Assembly (NCBI RefSeq): GCF_024502345.1
Contig: NZ_JALDNN010000001.1
Length of the DNA stretch: 64,000 bases
Source of the DNA: Escherichia coli
GTDB taxonomy: Bacteria; Pseudomonadota; Gammaproteobacteria; Enterobacterales; Enterobacteriaceae
Strand: one strand, 5' to 3'
In this document: positions 10,262 through 19,877 of the stretch, one piece after another
Numbering within the stretch: position 1 is the first letter of the stretch
How the letters are laid out: every line of letters starts with the position of its first letter
Notes under the pieces: model-generated
The model's database searches: none
What the model saw: only the letters and a program-made list of their open reading frames with translations
Told to the model about the DNA's origin: nothing
Program-made: the position numbers and the translations under genes

Positions 10262-10758
10262 TGCCGGAAATTAACACGCATCAGAATATCGCCGCCTTTC
10301 TCGACATGCTGGCGGTGTCCGAAGGGACGGCAAATCATCCGCTGACGAAAAACCGGGGCTATGACGTGATAGTCACCGGACTGGACGGGAAGCCGGAAAT
10401 TTTCACCGACTACAGTGACCACCCGTTCGCGCATGGCCGACCGGCGAAGGTGTTTAACCGTCGCGGTGAAAAGTCCACGGCCTCCGGTCGCTATCAGCAG
10501 CTTTACCTGTTCTGGCCGCACTACCGCAAACAGCTTGCCCTGCCGGATTTCAGTCCGTTGTCACAGGACAGACTCGCCATTCAGTTGATCCGCGAACGCG
10601 GTGCACTGGATGACATCCGGGCGGGACGCATTGAGCGCGCCATTTCACGCTGTCGCAATATCTGGGCGTCCCTGCCGGGTGCCGGTTACGGTCAGCGTGA
10701 GCATTCACTGGAAAAACTGGTCACCGTCTGGCGTACCGCTGGCGGCGCACCGGCTTAA
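10261..10758 (+). CDS. K: P2 gpK endolysin (165 aa)
   Basis: 165 aa, follows holin with overlapping stop/start. Confidence 0.9.
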   Translation: MPEINTHQNIAAFLDMLAVSEGTANHPLTKNRGYDVIVTGLDGKPEIFTDYSDHPFAHGRPAKVFNRRGEKSTASGRYQQLYLFWPHYRKQLALPDFSPLSQDRLAIQLIRERGALDDIRAGRIERAISRCRNIWASLPGAGYGQREHSLEKLVTVWRTAGGAPA

Positions 10759-10772
10759 ACGGAGTAAACACC

Positions 10773-11198
10773 ATGAAAAAATTATCCCTTTCACTGATGC
10801 TGCACGTGTCGCTGGCGCTGATGCTGGCACTGTCCCTGATTTACCCGCAGAGCGTGGCCGTCAGTTTTGTCGCTGCCTGGGCGATTCTGGCGACGGTTAT
10901 CTGTGTGGTTGCCGGTGGTGTCGGCGTGTATGCCACGGAGTATGTACTGGAACGCTACGGACGGGAGCTGCCGCCGGAATCGCTGGCCGTGAAGATTGTC
11001 ACGTCGCTGTTTTTGCAGCCGGTGCCGTGGCGCAGACGGGCAGTAGCTCTGGTGGTGATGGTGGCGACATTTATCTCGCTGGTCGCTGCCGGGTGGATTT
11101 TTACCGCGCTGATTTATCTCGTGGCATCGGTGTTCTTCCGGCTGATACGTACGGCCTGCCGTCAGCGTTTTGAGGGGCGGGAAACATGTCAAGGCTGA
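10773..11198 (+). CDS. lysA: P2 LysA lysis timing protein, membrane (141 aa)
   Basis: 141 aa, multiple hydrophobic helices, follows K. Confidence 0.85.
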   Translation: MKKLSLSLMLHVSLALMLALSLIYPQSVAVSFVAAWAILATVICVVAGGVGVYATEYVLERYGRELPPESLAVKIVTSLFLQPVPWRRRAVALVVMVATFISLVAAGWIFTALIYLVASVFFRLIRTACRQRFEGRETCQG

Positions 11199-11611
11199 TG
11201 ATTGTGCTGGTCGTGTTGTTATCGCTGGCGGTGGCGGGTCTGTTTCTGGCGAAGCATAAAAACGCCAGCCTGCGCGCCTCACTGGACAGGGCGAACAGCG
11301 TCGCCAGCGGGCAGCAGACGACCATCACCATGCTGAAAAATCAGCTTCATGTTGCGCTCACCAGGGCAGACAAAAACGAGCTGGCGCAGGTGGCACTGCG
11401 TCAGGAACTGGAGAACGCCGCGAAGCGTGAAGCACAGCGCGAGAAAACCATCACGAGGTTACTTAATGAAAACGAGGATTTTCGCCGCTGGTACGGTGCT
11501 GACCTGCCTGATGCTGTGCGCCGGTTGCACCAGCGTCCGGCCTGCACCGACGCCAGTGATTGTCCACAACGCCTGCCCGAAAGTGAGCCTTTGCCCGATG
11601 CCGGGCAGTGA
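11186..11611 (+). CDS. lysB: P2 LysB, Rz-like spanin component (141 aa)
   Basis: 141 aa, N-terminal transmembrane anchor then coiled-coil-like region. Confidence 0.85.
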   Translation: MSRLMIVLVVLLSLAVAGLFLAKHKNASLRASLDRANSVASGQQTTITMLKNQLHVALTRADKNELAQVALRQELENAAKREAQREKTITRLLNENEDFRRWYGADLPDAVRRLHQRPACTDASDCPQRLPESEPLPDAGQ

Positions 11612-11756
11612 TCCGGAGACGAACGGCGATTTAAGTGCTGATATCCGGCAGCTTGAGAACGCGCTGGCACGCTGTGCCAGCCAGGTAAAAATGATTAAAC
11701 ACTGTCAGGACGAAAACGATGCTCAAACCCGACAGCCTGCGCAGGGCGCTGACTGA
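11466..11756 (+). CDS. lysC: P2 LysC, Rz1-like lipoprotein encoded in alternate frame overlapping lysB and R (96 aa)
   Basis: MKTRIFAAGTVLTCLMLCAGC has a signal peptide with lipobox; embedded in the lysB 3' end in another frame. Confidence 0.75.
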   Translation: MKTRIFAAGTVLTCLMLCAGCTSVRPAPTPVIVHNACPKVSLCPMPGSDPETNGDLSADIRQLENALARCASQVKMIKHCQDENDAQTRQPAQGAD

Positions 11757-12186
11757 TGCCGTCACGGTGCTGAAAACTAACCCCGATATGCTGCGGATAT
11801 TCGTGGATAACGGGAGTATTGCCTCCACACTGGCGGCGTCGTTGTCATTCGAAAAGCGTTACACGCTCAATGTGATTGTGACCGACTTTACCGGTGATTT
11901 TGACCTGCTCATCGTGCCGGTGCTGGCGTGGCTGCGGGAAAATCAGCCCGACATCATGACCACCGACGCAGGCCAGAAAAAGGGCTTCACGTTTTATGCA
12001 GACATCAACAATGACAGCAGCTTTGATATCAGCATCAGCCTGATGCTGACCGAGCGCACGCTGGTCAGTGAGGTGGACGGCGCGCTGCATGTGAAGAATA
12101 TCCCGGAACCTCTGCCGCCGGAGCCGGTCACCCGCCCGATGGAGCTGTATATCAATGGCGAACTGGTGAGCAAGTGGGATGAATGA
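11719..12186 (+). CDS. R: P2 gpR tail completion protein (155 aa)
   Basis: 155 aa, position after lysis genes. Confidence 0.85.
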   Translation: MLKPDSLRRALTDAVTVLKTNPDMLRIFVDNGSIASTLAASLSFEKRYTLNVIVTDFTGDFDLLIVPVLAWLRENQPDIMTTDAGQKKGFTFYADINNDSSFDISISLMLTERTLVSEVDGALHVKNIPEPLPPEPVTRPMELYINGELVSKWDE

Positions 12187-12637
12187 GTTTAAGCGTTTTG
12201 AAGACCGGCTGACCGGACTTATTGAATCGCTGTCACCGTCAGGGCGTCGGCGACTGGCGGTAGATATTGCGAAGAAACTGCGCCAGCGCCAGCAGCAGCG
12301 AATTAAATTACAAAAAGCCCCGGATGGTACGCCGTATGTACCGAGAAAAAACCAGCCAGTGCGAAATAAGAAAGGCCGGATAAAGCGGGAAATGTTTGCG
12401 AAATTACGCACAAACCGATTTATGAAAGCAACAGGTAGCGAGAGTGCGGCTGTGGTGGAGTTTGCCAGCGGAGTACAACGAATTGCGAGAGTACATCAAT
12501 TAGGGCTTAGGGATAAGCCGGGGCGTAATAGTGCTGTGGTGGAATATCCTGTTCGTGAGTTATTAGGTTTTGACAAGGAATCTATACAATTGATAGAAAA
12601 GGAGTTATTAGTGATTCTATCGAAAGATGTTATATGA
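12179..12637 (+). CDS. S: P2 gpS tail completion protein (152 aa), 3' part AT-rich/mosaic
   Basis: MNEFKRFEDRLTGLIESLSPSGRRRL N-terminus; composition turns AT-rich in 3' third. Confidence 0.85.
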   Translation: MNEFKRFEDRLTGLIESLSPSGRRRLAVDIAKKLRQRQQQRIKLQKAPDGTPYVPRKNQPVRNKKGRIKREMFAKLRTNRFMKATGSESAAVVEFASGVQRIARVHQLGLRDKPGRNSAVVEYPVRELLGFDKESIQLIEKELLVILSKDVI

Positions 12638-13389
12638 GATGGGTGTTTGTGGATAAAAAATTTTCCATTTTGAGAAAAAGAGTAAAGCATTCTCAAAAGA
12701 AAGTTATGGATTGTATTATTGCTGACCATAATGCTGATGTATGTGTGTTATGCGGGAGTTCTGACGATATTACTCGTGAGCACATTATTCCTCAGTGGGC
12801 CTTTGAGTCAAATGCTGAAAAACTTTTAATTAATAAAAAGAATAATCAGTCAACTCATTACATCAAAGCCACTGTACCAGCATGCAGAGTGTGCAATTCT
12901 GATTTGCTGGGAGCGTTTGAGTATAACCTGAAGAAATTTCTTACGGAAAAGAGGGGCGATGAGTTAACAGATTATGAATATGATTGCATCATATGGTGGT
13001 TGCAATACATGGGCTTTAAGTTGCAATTAATGGATTTACGGACCCGCTTTCTCAGGTATAAAGGGGGGGATTATATCCCTTTCCTTGCAAACTTCCCGGT
13101 TGCAATGTTTTGGGGGAATGTCGATACGACACCGGAGGATGTCTTCAGGATTATAAGAAAATCGCGACGCAATCTGATGTCGAAATGGAAGGATAAAAAA
13201 CATAATTCTTTGATGGTTTTTGAAACATCAAACAAGAGTTTTCATTTCTTTCATAAGGTTGATGAATTTATTTTTATTGAAATGCCTCAGGTTAAGAAGG
13301 CGTTTTTCTTCTTTTTTAATAAAGAATTTGACAGCCATGATTTAGCTCATGAGGAGTGTATGAAGATTATAGAGAAGTGCTACAACTAA
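12634..13389 (+). CDS. Accessory protein with HNH-type nuclease motif (251 aa), inserted between S and V
   Basis: CVLCGSSDDITREHIIPQWAF ... ATVPACRVCNSDL resembles a CxxC...H...N...CxxC HNH core; strongly AT-rich; ATG overlaps S stop (ATGA). Confidence 0.6.
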   Translation: MRWVFVDKKFSILRKRVKHSQKKVMDCIIADHNADVCVLCGSSDDITREHIIPQWAFESNAEKLLINKKNNQSTHYIKATVPACRVCNSDLLGAFEYNLKKFLTEKRGDELTDYEYDCIIWWLQYMGFKLQLMDLRTRFLRYKGGDYIPFLANFPVAMFWGNVDTTPEDVFRIIRKSRRNLMSKWKDKKHNSLMVFETSNKSFHFFHKVDEFIFIEMPQVKKAFFFFFNKEFDSHDLAHEECMKIIEKCYN

Positions 13390-13466
13390 TATTTATTATG
13401 TTGTGTCACGGCTGACAGAGTCCTCCATGATTGCTGCTGGTATCGTCCGGCGGCATCCTTCCCGTC

Positions 13467-14102
13467 ATGAACACTCTCGCAAATATTCAGGAACTCGCGC
13501 GCGCACTGCGCAACATGATCCGCACCGGCATTATCGTCGAAACCGACCTTAACGCCGGTCGCTGCCGTGTGCAGACCGGCGGCATGTGCACCGACTGGCT
13601 TCAGTGGCTGACCCATCGCGCCGGACGTTCGCGCACATGGTGGGCACCTTCCGTGGGGGAACAGGTGCTGATTCTGGCCGTGGGCGGTGAACTCGACACG
13701 GCGTTCGTTCTGCCGGGGATTTATTCCGGCGATAACCCCGCGCCGTCTGCGTCGGCGGATGCCCTGTATATCCGTTTCCCTGACGGGGCGGTGATTGAAT
13801 ATGAACCCGAAACCAGTGCACTCACGGCAAGCGGAATTAAAACGGCCAGCGTGACGGCTTCTGATTCTGTTACTGCCACGGTGCCGGTGGTCATGGTGAA
13901 AGCATCAACCCGCATCACCCTGGACACACCGGAGGTGGTCTGCACCAACAGGCTGATTACCGGCACGCTGGAAGTGCAGAAGGGCGGGACGATGCGCGGC
14001 AACATTGAACACACCGGCGGTGAACTCTCATCAAACGGTAAGGTACTGCATACCCATAAACACCCCGGCGACAGCGGCGGCACAACAGGGGGACCTCTAT
14101 GA
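13467..14102 (+). CDS. V: P2 gpV baseplate spike (211 aa)
   Basis: Start placed at MNTLANIQELARALRNMIRTGII within ORF 13431-14102. Confidence 0.9.
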   Translation: MNTLANIQELARALRNMIRTGIIVETDLNAGRCRVQTGGMCTDWLQWLTHRAGRSRTWWAPSVGEQVLILAVGGELDTAFVLPGIYSGDNPAPSASADALYIRFPDGAVIEYEPETSALTASGIKTASVTASDSVTATVPVVMVKASTRITLDTPEVVCTNRLITGTLEVQKGGTMRGNIEHTGGELSSNGKVLHTHKHPGDSGGTTGGPL

Positions 14103-14446
14103 CTGCGCGTTATCTCGGAATGAATCGCAGTGATGGCCTGACTGTCACTGACCTTGAGCATATCAGCCAGAGTATCGGCGATATCCTGCGCACACCGGTC
14201 GGCTCACGGGTGATGCGTCGTGATTACGGCTCGTTGCTGGCGTCAATGATTGACCAGCCGCAGACCCCGGCGCTTGAGTTGCAGATTAAAGTCGCCTGTT
14301 ACATGGCAGTGCTGAAATGGGAACCCCGCGTCACCCTGTCATCCGTCACCACGGCGCGCAGTTTTGACGGGCGAATGACGGTCACGTTAACCGGTCAGCA
14401 CAACGACACCGGCCAGCCACTTTCGTTAACCATCACTGTGAGTTGA
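14099..14446 (+). CDS. W: P2 gpW baseplate protein (115 aa)
   Basis: 115 aa, overlapping start with V stop. Confidence 0.9.
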   Translation: MTARYLGMNRSDGLTVTDLEHISQSIGDILRTPVGSRVMRRDYGSLLASMIDQPQTPALELQIKVACYMAVLKWEPRVTLSSVTTARSFDGRMTVTLTGQHNDTGQPLSLTITVS

Positions 14447-14450
14447 AACC

Positions 14451-15359
14451 ATGCCGATTATCGACCTGAACCAGCTACCCGCACCGGATGTGGTCGAGGA
14501 GCTGGACTTTGAAACCATTCTTGCCGAACGCAAGGCGACACTGATTTCCCTTTACCCGGAAGACCAGCAGGAGGCGGTCGCCCGTACCCTGACGCTGGAA
14601 TCCGAGCCTCTCGTCAAACTGCTGGAGGAAAATGCGTATCGCGAGCTTATCTGGCGTCAGCGTGTGAATGAGGCTGCACGGGCGGTGATGCTGGCCTGTG
14701 CAGCCGGTAATGACCTTGATGTGATTGGTGCCAATTACAACACCACGCGCCTGACTATCACCCCGGCAGATGATTCGACCCTCCCGCCGACACCGGCAGT
14801 GATGGAATCTGACACGGATTATCGTCTGCGTATTCAGCAGGCGTTTGAAGGTTTAAGCGTTGCCGGGTCGGTGGGTGCCTATCAGTATCATGGTCGCAGT
14901 GCCGACGGGCGCGTCGCAGATATCTCTGTCACCAGTCCGTCTCCGGCCTGCGTCACCATCTCTGTGCTGTCACGTGAAAATAACGGTGTCGCATCCGAAG
15001 ACCTGCTGGCTGTGGTACGTAACGCCCTTAATGGCGAGGACGTCAGGCCGGTGGCCGACCGCGTGACCGTGCAGTCTGCCGCCATTGTTGAATATCAGAT
15101 AAACGCCACGCTTTACCTTTACCCTGGTCCCGAAAGCGAACCCATTCGCGCTGCCGCCGTGAAAAAACTGGAAGCGTATATCACGGCACAGCACCGGCTG
15201 GGGCGCGACATCCGTCTGTCTGCCATTTATGCCGCTTTGCATGTGGAAGGCGTGCAGCGTGTCGAACTGGCTGCACCACTGGCTGACATCGTGCTCAACA
15301 GTACGCAGGCGTCTTTCTGTACCGAATACCGCGTCGTGACCGGAGGCTCGGATGAGTGA
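14451..15359 (+). CDS. J: P2 gpJ baseplate protein (302 aa)
   Basis: 302 aa, position and size. Confidence 0.9.
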   Translation: MPIIDLNQLPAPDVVEELDFETILAERKATLISLYPEDQQEAVARTLTLESEPLVKLLEENAYRELIWRQRVNEAARAVMLACAAGNDLDVIGANYNTTRLTITPADDSTLPPTPAVMESDTDYRLRIQQAFEGLSVAGSVGAYQYHGRSADGRVADISVTSPSPACVTISVLSRENNGVASEDLLAVVRNALNGEDVRPVADRVTVQSAAIVEYQINATLYLYPGPESEPIRAAAVKKLEAYITAQHRLGRDIRLSAIYAALHVEGVQRVELAAPLADIVLNSTQASFCTEYRVVTGGSDE

Positions 15360-15882
15360 TTCGCGACTGCTGCCGACCGGCTCATCACCGCTTGAAGTTG
15401 CTGCCGCAAAAGCCTGTGCGGAAATTGAAAAAACGCCGGTCAGTATTCGTGAGCTGTGGAACCCGGACACCTGCCCGGCAAATCTGCTGCCGTGGCTGGC
15501 GTGGGCGTTTTCGGTCGACAGGTGGGATGAAAAGTGGCCGGAAGCGACAAAACGCGCCGTTATCCGCGATGCGTATTTCATTCATTGTCATAAAGGCACT
15601 ATAGGTGCAATCCGGCGTGTGGTGGAGCCGCTCGGCTATCTCATCAACGTGACGGAGTGGTGGGAAACCAGTGACCCGCCAGGCACCTTCCGGCTTGATA
15701 TTGGTGTACTGGAAAGCGGCATCACAGAGGCAATGTATCAGGAAATGGAACGGCTTATTGCTGATGCCAAACCTGCAAGCCGTCATCTTATTGGCCTGAA
15801 CATTACCCGGGACATTCCCGGCTACCTGTTCGCCGGTGGTGTGGCTTACGACGGCGATGTAATTACGGTTTACCCCGGATAA
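15352..15882 (+). CDS. I: P2 gpI baseplate protein (176 aa)
   Basis: 176 aa, overlaps J stop. Confidence 0.9.
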   Translation: MSDSRLLPTGSSPLEVAAAKACAEIEKTPVSIRELWNPDTCPANLLPWLAWAFSVDRWDEKWPEATKRAVIRDAYFIHCHKGTIGAIRRVVEPLGYLINVTEWWETSDPPGTFRLDIGVLESGITEAMYQEMERLIADAKPASRHLIGLNITRDIPGYLFAGGVAYDGDVITVYPG

Positions 15883-15892
15883 GTGAGGAATA

Positions 15893-18211
15893 ATGAGCAC
15901 AAAATTCAGAACCGTTATCACCACTGCCGGTGCAGCAAAGCTGGCAGCGGCAACCGCACCGGGAGGGCGGAAGGTCAACATTACCACGATGGCCGTCGGG
16001 GATGGCGGTGGTAAATTGCCTGTCCCGGATGCCGGACAGACCGGGCTTATCCACGAAGTCTGGCGACATGCGCTGAACAAAATCAGCCAGGACAAACGAA
16101 ACAGTAATTATATTATCGCAGAGCTGGTTATTCCGCCGGAGGTGGGCGGTTTCTGGATGCGTGAGCTTGGCCTGTACGATGATGCGGGAACGTTAATTGC
16201 CGTGGCGAACATGGCCGAAAGTTATAAGCCAGCTCTTGCCGAAGGCTCAGGGCGTTCGCAGACCTGCCGCATGGTCATCATCGTCAGCAGTGTGGCCTCA
16301 GTGGAGCTGACCATTGACACTACAACGGTGATGGCAACGCAGGATTACGTTGATGACAAAATTGCAGAGCACGAACAGTCACGACGTCACCCGGACGCCT
16401 CGCTGACCGCAAAAGGTTTTACTCAGTTAAGCAGTGCGACCAACAGCACGTCTGAAACACTGGCCGCAACGCCGAAAGCGGTAAAGGCCGCCTATGACCT
16501 TGCTAACGGGAAATATACTGCGCAGGATGCCACCACGGCGCGAAAAGGCCTTGTTCAGCTCAGTAGTGTGACCAACAGCACGTCTGAAACGCTCGCCGCA
16601 ACGCCGAAAGCGGTAAAGGCAGCATATGACCTTGCTAACGGGAAATACACTGCACAGGACGCCACCACCGCGCGAAAAGGCCTTGTTCAGCTCAGTAGCG
16701 CCACCAACAGCGATTCTGAAACGCTTGCGGCAACACCAAAGGCGGTTAAGACAGCGTATGACCTTGCTAACGGGAAATACACTGCACAGGATGCCACCAC
16801 TGCGCGAAAAGGTCTTGTCCAGCTCAGTAGCGCCACCAACAGTGATTCTGAAACCCTCGCGGCAACGCCAAAAGCAGTGAAGTCTGCCTATGACAATGCT
16901 GAAAAACGTCTTCAGAAAGATCAGAACGGTGCGGATATTCCGGGAAAGGATACCTTTACGAAAAATATCGGTGCCTGTCGTGCTTATAGCGGCGCTTTGA
17001 GCACTGAAGCCGGAAACTGGACAACCGCTCAGTTTATTGAATGGCTGGATTCCCGTGGTGCATTTAATCATCCGTACTGGATGTGCAAAGGCTCCTGGTC
17101 ATATGCAAATAACAAAATCATTACGGATACCGGATGTGGTGATATCCACCTGGCTGGTTGTGTAGTCGAGGTCATGGGAACTAAATCTGCAATCACTATC
17201 CGAGTGACCACGCCGACAACATCAAGCGGTGGCGGTACAACCAGCGCACAATTCACTTACATTAATCATGGGGACGGCTACTCCCCCGGCTGGCGTCGTG
17301 ACTGGAATCGTCAGGGCGACTCAATGACCGGAACGATTAATCAGGATGGCGGAAGCCAGAATGCCTATATGTCTACGGCCTTATGTTCAGGCACCAGAGG
17401 CGGCAAAAAATATCTCAGAAAGTTTCGTGGTGGAGAAGGAGACACTATCTGGCATGAAACAGTGCAGGGCGGGGTAATTCGCTGGGCGACAGGAAACTAT
17501 GACGCTCAGGAAGAATTATCACTCAGCTCCGCTTATGGTCTCCGTTCTAGAGGTGAAATTACATCACTCAGTGCTAATGGTCTGCGCATTGCTTATGGCA
17601 ATTATGGATTCTTTATCAGGAATGATGGTGGCAGCACATATTTAATGCTGACGGCCTCTGGTGATAAATTTGGGACATGGAACGGTTTAAGGCCGCTGAC
17701 TATCAATAACGCTAATGGCGGAGTGTCAATGGGGCATGGCCTGAGTGTTACTGGTGATATTGCCTCAAGTACCAAAGTACGTGCCGGTAGCGGGAAAAAG
17801 TTCACGGTCAGCAGCAGCAATACATCCACGAAGGAAGCCGCATTCAATTTGTGGGGAAACTCAAGTCGTCCTGTGGTGGCTGAATTAGGTGATGATGCAG
17901 GCTGGCATTTTTACAGTCAGAGAAATACAGATAACAGCATCACTTTTGCTGTTAACGGGCAGGTATCACCATCTAACTATAGTAATTTTGATTCACGCTA
18001 TGTCCGGGATATCCGACTTGGTGGTGCTGCCACATACAAACCTGCTAACAATGGCATGACATGGACACATCAGGCACCGTCCGGGTGTGTATATTCCGGC
18101 ATTATTGTTCAGGATACCGGCTCAAACTCTGCCGATAACATTGGTGGCGTATATTACAGACCGGTGCAGAAATACATTAATGGGACTTGGTATAACGTGG
18201 CGCAGGTATAA
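15893..18211 (+). CDS. H: P2 gpH tail fiber protein (772 aa) with internal tandem repeats
   Basis: Conserved N-terminus MSTKFRTVITTAGAAKLAAATAPGG; four 44-aa repeats; variable C-terminal half. Confidence 0.9.
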   Translation: MSTKFRTVITTAGAAKLAAATAPGGRKVNITTMAVGDGGGKLPVPDAGQTGLIHEVWRHALNKISQDKRNSNYIIAELVIPPEVGGFWMRELGLYDDAGTLIAVANMAESYKPALAEGSGRSQTCRMVIIVSSVASVELTIDTTTVMATQDYVDDKIAEHEQSRRHPDASLTAKGFTQLSSATNSTSETLAATPKAVKAAYDLANGKYTAQDATTARKGLVQLSSVTNSTSETLAATPKAVKAAYDLANGKYTAQDATTARKGLVQLSSATNSDSETLAATPKAVKTAYDLANGKYTAQDATTARKGLVQLSSATNSDSETLAATPKAVKSAYDNAEKRLQKDQNGADIPGKDTFTKNIGACRAYSGALSTEAGNWTTAQFIEWLDSRGAFNHPYWMCKGSWSYANNKIITDTGCGDIHLAGCVVEVMGTKSAITIRVTTPTTSSGGGTTSAQFTYINHGDGYSPGWRRDWNRQGDSMTGTINQDGGSQNAYMSTALCSGTRGGKKYLRKFRGGEGDTIWHETVQGGVIRWATGNYDAQEELSLSSAYGLRSRGEITSLSANGLRIAYGNYGFFIRNDGGSTYLMLTASGDKFGTWNGLRPLTINNANGGVSMGHGLSVTGDIASSTKVRAGSGKKFTVSSSNTSTKEAAFNLWGNSSRPVVAELGDDAGWHFYSQRNTDNSITFAVNGQVSPSNYSNFDSRYVRDIRLGGAATYKPANNGMTWTHQAPSGCVYSGIIVQDTGSNSADNIGGVYYRPVQKYINGTWYNVAQV
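16412..16939 (+). repeat. Four tandem 132-bp repeats inside tail fiber gene H
   Basis: Repeated unit KG(L/F)xQLSSxTNSxSETLAATPKAVKxAYDLANGKYTAQDATTAR visible in protein and DNA; fourth copy diverges. Confidence 0.8.
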
Positions 18212-18214
18212 TTT

Positions 18215-18742
18215 ATGCAGCATTTGATAAATATAATGGCAGGTAATCCAAAAACGGTTGAACAATATCAATTGACAAAGGACTTTGATGTTGTCTGGTT
18301 TTTTTCAGAAGATGGTAAGAACTGGTACGAAGAACAAAAGTATTTTGCTGATGACACGATAAAAATAGCGTACGACAAAGATAATATTATCCGCTATGTG
18401 GAAAAGGATGTGACAGCTATCAGACCGGATGGATTAAGTGTTGTTGAAGTGCCGGATATTACTGCTAACCGACGGGCGGACATTTCAGGGAACTGGATGT
18501 TTAAGGACGGTACAGTGATTAAACGAATTTATACGGCAGAGGAATTGCAGCAGCAGGCAGAAAATCGGAAAGCCAGACTTCTTGCAGATGCTGAATCCGT
18601 GATTTTGCCGCTGGAGCGCGCTGTCAGGCTGAATATGGCAACAGATGAGGAGCGCAGTCGACTGGAGGCATGGGAACGCTACAGTGTTCTGGTCAGTCGT
18701 GTGGATCCTGCAAATCCTGAATGGCCGGAAATGCCGCAATAA
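18215..18742 (+). CDS. G: P2 gpG tail fiber assembly chaperone (175 aa)
   Basis: 175 aa, immediately after H. Confidence 0.85.
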   Translation: MQHLINIMAGNPKTVEQYQLTKDFDVVWFFSEDGKNWYEEQKYFADDTIKIAYDKDNIIRYVEKDVTAIRPDGLSVVEVPDITANRRADISGNWMFKDGTVIKRIYTAEELQQQAENRKARLLADAESVILPLERAVRLNMATDEERSRLEAWERYSVLVSRVDPANPEWPEMPQ

Positions 18743-18864
18743 GTTGTATGAGCTCTGGTGTGAGCTTACATATCTATGGCACAGAGTAAAGCCTAATCTG
18801 AGAGTCCGCTCTGTGCCAGGAGGGGACGTTGCTCACCTATAAATATCCCAGCAAAACGGAACAC

Positions 18865-19673
18865 TCATCTTTGCAATCTTTTTATGTTTATATAAAGTTC
18901 CTCAATCAGCTCTTCCGAATTTTGACTGTAATGCAATGCCCGATGGCAATTCGGGCATAATGCAACACAATTGCTTATGGTGTCAGCACCAGATAAAGAA
19001 AGAGGTATCACATGATACACTTCGAGATATGGGATATCGCCATTTATTAAGAACGGTGTATTTTCACTACATCTTTCACAAACGCCCTTACTCCCTTGCA
19101 ATACACAAGATTTAACAGCAAGATCCCGAATATAAACCTTCTGAACTCTTTCTAATGTTCCAGTTTTTTATGTCCCTCGGACTCGTTCAAAGGAATTTAT
19201 ATTAGCTTACTGACCATTTTACTTAGAACACTCTCATCATTAGTGGCTCGAAAAGCACTGATGTATCTCCGTAGATGATAGGTTTCCAAAATTCAGCACT
19301 ATTAACACTAGGAACATTTATCATTACTCGCTCAGTTCTGTTCCCTGATGGTGCATCTTTTTTAGCAGTACTGTTCAAATGAGTCTGATACATACACATT
19401 TTTTGGGAAATATCGGAAGGGTAGTTTCCCACTAAAGAAAATTACATCATCAGGATGTATTTTTCTTTCCGCTATAGATGGTATATGTCTTCCGGTTGAT
19501 GATGAGGCCAAATACACAACGCCTTTGTTTACCCCGGAATCAATAAGTCGTCCAATGATATAATCGATGGCAATATTATAATCTTTGTTTCTATGCGCCA
19601 GTCATCAGGGCTCAAATATCAGGCCATATACCCCATCTTCTTCACCTACTAGGCACTCAACGTTCAGTTCCAT
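18865..19673 (-). pseudogene. mcrA-like HNH endonuclease gene (type IV 5-methylcytosine restriction family), disrupted by several frame changes
   Basis: Pieces in three frames: MELNVECLVGEEDGVYGLIFEP; AHRNKDYNIAIDYIIGRLIDSGVNKGVVYLASSSTGRHIPSIAERKIHPDDV; ...SGNRTERVMINVP...; intact C-terminal HNH core CERC...PYLEVYHVIPLSLSGADTISNCVALCPNCHRALH. These resemble McrA as recalled from memory. Confidence 0.6.
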
Positions 19674-19877
19674 ACCATTGTTATCAAGAGATTGCTTTGT
19701 ATTGCGCGGGAAACGTCTAGTTTGAATTAAGGAATTGTGAGGCGGAAGATGGGATTTAGGAATTTGGTTAGAGTTAGCAATGTTAATAAATGGGCCTAAT
19801 TTCACTTTAAATCAAATTCCTAAATATTAAAGAAAGCAAGCTGGCCTACATAAACAGCCAGCCTTGGATAATTCAAT

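Noticed and set aside
16427-17071. 214-aa minus-strand ORF with internally repeated sequence
   Set aside because: Lies antisense inside tail fiber gene H exactly over its 132-bp tandem repeats; the repetitive protein is a mirror of those repeats, not an independent gene
18777-18818. Inverted repeat ggcacagag...ctctgtgcc downstream of G
   Set aside because: Long loop and no adjacent T-run; not convincing as a terminator
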